DNA of 51,297 nucleotides from Candidatus Hodarchaeum mangrovi (lineage in GTDB: Archaea > Asgardarchaeota > Heimdallarchaeia > Hodarchaeales > Hodarchaeaceae). Within the stretch, counting starts at the first letter, position 1. The number at the start of each line of letters is the position of its first letter. A program made the position numbers and the translations under genes. The notes beneath the pieces are model-generated. The model was not told the DNA's origin. It ran no database searches and worked only from the letters and a program-made list of their open reading frames with translations. Shown in pieces: positions 48,459 to 51,297 of this stretch. The DNA is taken from NCBI GenBank assembly GCA_016839515.1, contig JAEOUE010000032.1:1-51297 (forward strand). Direction: 5' to 3'.

Positions 48459-50528
48459 ATGAATTCAAATCCTTTTCAGAAGCTTATCTTAATAATTTTA
48501 ATATTGACCACTTTTTTTCCAATATCCTTCCCTCTAGTAAGCATCAAAACATCTTTTGAAAGTCAAATATTTGAAAATGACTCCATTGAAATCATTAGTA
48601 ATATCCCTGAAAGTGGTGAGGCAATATCTATTGCTATTCAAGAAAATATCGCTTGTATTGCTCATGTTTGGAATGGTTTATGGACTTACAATATTAGTAA
48701 TCCTCAAAGGCCCTTACCTCTAGGTCATTACTTTGATGGAGATTGGCCTCATGCTGTTGAAGTAAACGGAAACTATGCCTATACTATATCATGGGATGAC
48801 CCCATAAAAATACTTGATATCTCCAATCCAAAAAATTTATCTAAAGTGGGGCAAATTCATACAAATTCACGTATCCACGATGTAGCAATTCAACAAGATA
48901 TTGCATATATTGCAGCTGGGAAAAATGGTTTGGTAATCACGAATATTTCAAATCCAGCAGAACCACAACAAATCTACCAACATTCATTTGGAGGCCAATC
49001 AGATAGTTATCGGGTCAAAATTATTAATAAAACTGTTTATATTATCGCAGAGTTCACCCTGTATATTTTTGATGTTACTAACGTAACACAACCTACCATA
49101 ATTGGTTCTTATAGAATAGCTGATTCCTACAATTCAATTGATCAGGGATTATTAGTAAAAGATACATTGGTATTTGTTGCAACAGATGAAAAAGGAGTAA
49201 TAATCCTTGATGCCACTAATCCAGAAAATATCACTCAAATAGGTCAAATAATAGATAATGAACTGAATCCCAAAGAAATCGGTGTGAAAGATGGGATATG
49301 TTACGTTGTGGATGAAACCAGAGGATTAAAAGCCTTCAATATATCCACTCCTAATTCTTCGTTTCAAGTGGGGTCTATACTCCCTGAAAGTTGGGGTTCT
49401 TATCTAGATATCAAGATAAAGGATAGTTTCGCTTATATTGCGGCAGAAAATGGAGGAATGGAAATTATTGATATAAAAAATCCTTCTAATCTTGTTAAAG
49501 TAGGTAATTATGCCGATATTGGTGAGACAGAAGGTATCTTTATCAAAGAAAACTTTTGTTTTGTGGCAGATGGAAGAGGTCTTTTTGATATTATTAATAT
49601 TTCAGATCCTTTGATACCCACCAAAATATATTCTTCTCCTAAATACGGGTGGGGAGCAGATATTTTTGTTGCTGAAGGGTATGCATTCCTAGCTGCAGGA
49701 TATGAAGGCTTAGAGATACTTGATGTACGAGATCCTACCAATCCTGTATTTGTTGGATCAATAAAAGATGGGAGTTTTTTTCGTCAGGTTATTGTTAGAG
49801 ACTCTTATGCATATATTGCTGCGGGAGAGGAAGGAATACGGATAATTAATGTCTCAGATCTAACTTCACCTCAAATCGCTTGGTCTTGGACTGATTCAGG
49901 CTCAGCTTTTAACCTAGATATAGATGGTGAATATTTATATGTTGCAGATGGACAAGATGGACTAGAAGTGTATAATATTGAAAATCCAGCATTGTCCAAA
50001 GAAATTTGCCAATATAGAGGTTTTTCAGCAAGGGATATTATCATCTATTATCCACTAGCCTTTATAGCTGCAGGAAGTTCTGGTTTACTTATTTTAAATA
50101 TTGAGAATCAATTAAAACCAACTAAAATCACAGAATTTCAAGATGGAACAACTCTGCCTAACTTCTATGTTGATGTTTTTTTGAATGAATCCTATATCTA
50201 CGTCATGGACAGCAACTATCATTCATTGAAGATTATCAATATTTCGAATTTAGAGGATATTCAAACTATTGCAAAATATGAAATCTGGGGATCCCATTCA
50301 TCAAAAGTTGTTGTTGTACAAGGATCTTATACTTTCGTGGGGGAGGGATCACATGGTGTTACAATCTTAAAAACTCCAATTGCGCCTCCATTAAATATTC
50401 AATCTACTTTTAAATCTCGAAAAACAAGTATTATATCGTCTAGCTCCTTAGAATCCATAGTAGGAATTATTATTCTTGGATTCTGGATGAAGAAACACAA
50501 ACTTTCGCAATATAGAAAGAAGAGGTAA
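48459..50528 (+). CDS. LVIVD-repeat beta-propeller surface protein with signal peptide and C-terminal anchor
   Basis: Many (Y)AYIA.G..GL.I.(D/N)IS.P..P repeats; N-terminal hydrophobic signal; C-terminal hydrophobic segment and basic tail. Start taken at ATG 48459. Confidence 0.9.
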   Translation: MNSNPFQKLILIILILTTFFPISFPLVSIKTSFESQIFENDSIEIISNIPESGEAISIAIQENIACIAHVWNGLWTYNISNPQRPLPLGHYFDGDWPHAVEVNGNYAYTISWDDPIKILDISNPKNLSKVGQIHTNSRIHDVAIQQDIAYIAAGKNGLVITNISNPAEPQQIYQHSFGGQSDSYRVKIINKTVYIIAEFTLYIFDVTNVTQPTIIGSYRIADSYNSIDQGLLVKDTLVFVATDEKGVIILDATNPENITQIGQIIDNELNPKEIGVKDGICYVVDETRGLKAFNISTPNSSFQVGSILPESWGSYLDIKIKDSFAYIAAENGGMEIIDIKNPSNLVKVGNYADIGETEGIFIKENFCFVADGRGLFDIINISDPLIPTKIYSSPKYGWGADIFVAEGYAFLAAGYEGLEILDVRDPTNPVFVGSIKDGSFFRQVIVRDSYAYIAAGEEGIRIINVSDLTSPQIAWSWTDSGSAFNLDIDGEYLYVADGQDGLEVYNIENPALSKEICQYRGFSARDIIIYYPLAFIAAGSSGLLILNIENQLKPTKITEFQDGTTLPNFYVDVFLNESYIYVMDSNYHSLKIINISNLEDIQTIAKYEIWGSHSSKVVVVQGSYTFVGEGSHGVTILKTPIAPPLNIQSTFKSRKTSIISSSSLESIVGIIILGFWMKKHKLSQYRKKR

Positions 50529-50535
50529 ATTAATT

Positions 50536-51117
50536 CTAGGTATTTCTTATCCTTCTATGAATAATGATCGCAATTAGAATTAGCCCAAAGAAAATCGGAG
50601 AGAATGTAATTCCAGTGTTGCTAGAGGTTGGAAAAATCGGATTCCAATCAGTAATATGGGAAATGGAAGGATTAATAGTTAAAGCGTAATTAAAATCTCC
50701 TTGCTGAAGTGTTTGGATTCGAAGATTGATAGGTACTCCGTAAACAAAAGGTTTTTTGACAATAAATTCATAACTTGAGTAACTAAGAAGTAAGAAAGTG
50801 GGAGGAGGAATTTTTAATGGTCCAGTAAAATTAAAACCATACACAACGTGCCATAGAAGGATATCTGAAACATTACATTGAGACTCTCCATAATATGTCA
50901 ATCGAAATATAATTCCTAATGCCCCTGCAGAGTCATAGGTGCATTGAACACCTGGAGGGCATGGACCTGGGATAAATATTCCAGGAGAAGTTGCACCTAC
51001 AATTTCCAGATCCAAAATAATATTATTTGTATGTAGACTTAAGCTGAGAGAATTATTTACTATTATAAGACCTAATAGTATGAATAATGCCTTAAACATT
51101 AGCTTTCGAGAATCCAT
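50536..51117 (-). CDS. Secreted/surface hypothetical protein with C-terminal TM and basic tail
   Basis: N-terminal signal-like helix, CPPGVQC pair, C-terminal GITFSPIFFGLILIAIIIHRRIR. Confidence 0.7.
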   Translation of the reverse strand: MDSRKLMFKALFILLGLIIVNNSLSLSLHTNNIILDLEIVGATSPGIFIPGPCPPGVQCTYDSAGALGIIFRLTYYGESQCNVSDILLWHVVYGFNFTGPLKIPPPTFLLLSYSSYEFIVKKPFVYGVPINLRIQTLQQGDFNYALTINPSISHITDWNPIFPTSSNTGITFSPIFFGLILIAIIIHRRIRNT

Positions 51118-51297
51118 ATCACTTTACCTAGGAGAAATCACTATTAAATTCTTTGAAATTACGGAATAAGGTCAAAATGGAACATAGTCTATTAAACATT
51201 TTATAATCTCTGAGGAAAGCTGATTAAAAAATGATCTAGGGTTCTTTCCTAATAAATTATATCTCAAAGATATAAAAATCTATGAAGTCTGACATGA

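Noticed and set aside
48600-50370. Periodic repeats as a possible CRISPR array or DNA tandem repeat
   Set aside because: These are degenerate protein-level LVIVD repeats with no identical DNA repeats or spacers.
51282-51297. ATG near the right edge as a possible gene start
   Set aside because: Only five codons are visible; it cannot be supported.

Overview
An AT-rich, densely coding archaeal chromosomal segment of about 50 genes. I saw no rRNA, tRNA, CRISPR array or mobile element. The mix of archaeal housekeeping genes (archaeal/eukaryote-type IleRS, Nep1, ADP-forming acyl-CoA synthetase alpha, GvpD/KaiC-type ATPase) with several eukaryotic-signature-like proteins points to an Asgard archaeon, probably Heimdallarchaeia (inference from recalled motifs; no database search was possible). 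The signature-like proteins are a stand-alone roadblock protein, a uDENN/longin-TPR protein, two convergent longin+roadblock-like paralogs and a gelsolin-domain protein with a C-terminal zinc ribbon. Recognisable blocks: ileS-alaS (short AlaRS lacking C-Ala); a glnA/nitrilase/nadE/class II amidotransferase cluster, probably a split Gln-dependent NAD synthetase; a methylcrotonyl-CoA carboxylase (leucine catabolism) cluster; NfeD-like plus flotillin; mtnA, a small protein, a KaiC/GvpD ATPase and an extended beta-CASP nuclease; larC-larB; nep1-yjjX; and surface proteins with C-terminal anchors. The best candidates for undescribed systems are the convergent longin-roadblock pair (putative heterodimeric small-GTPase regulator), the gelsolin-Zn-ribbon fusion and the KaiC/beta-CASP locus. 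One gene running off the left edge is missing from the ORF track.
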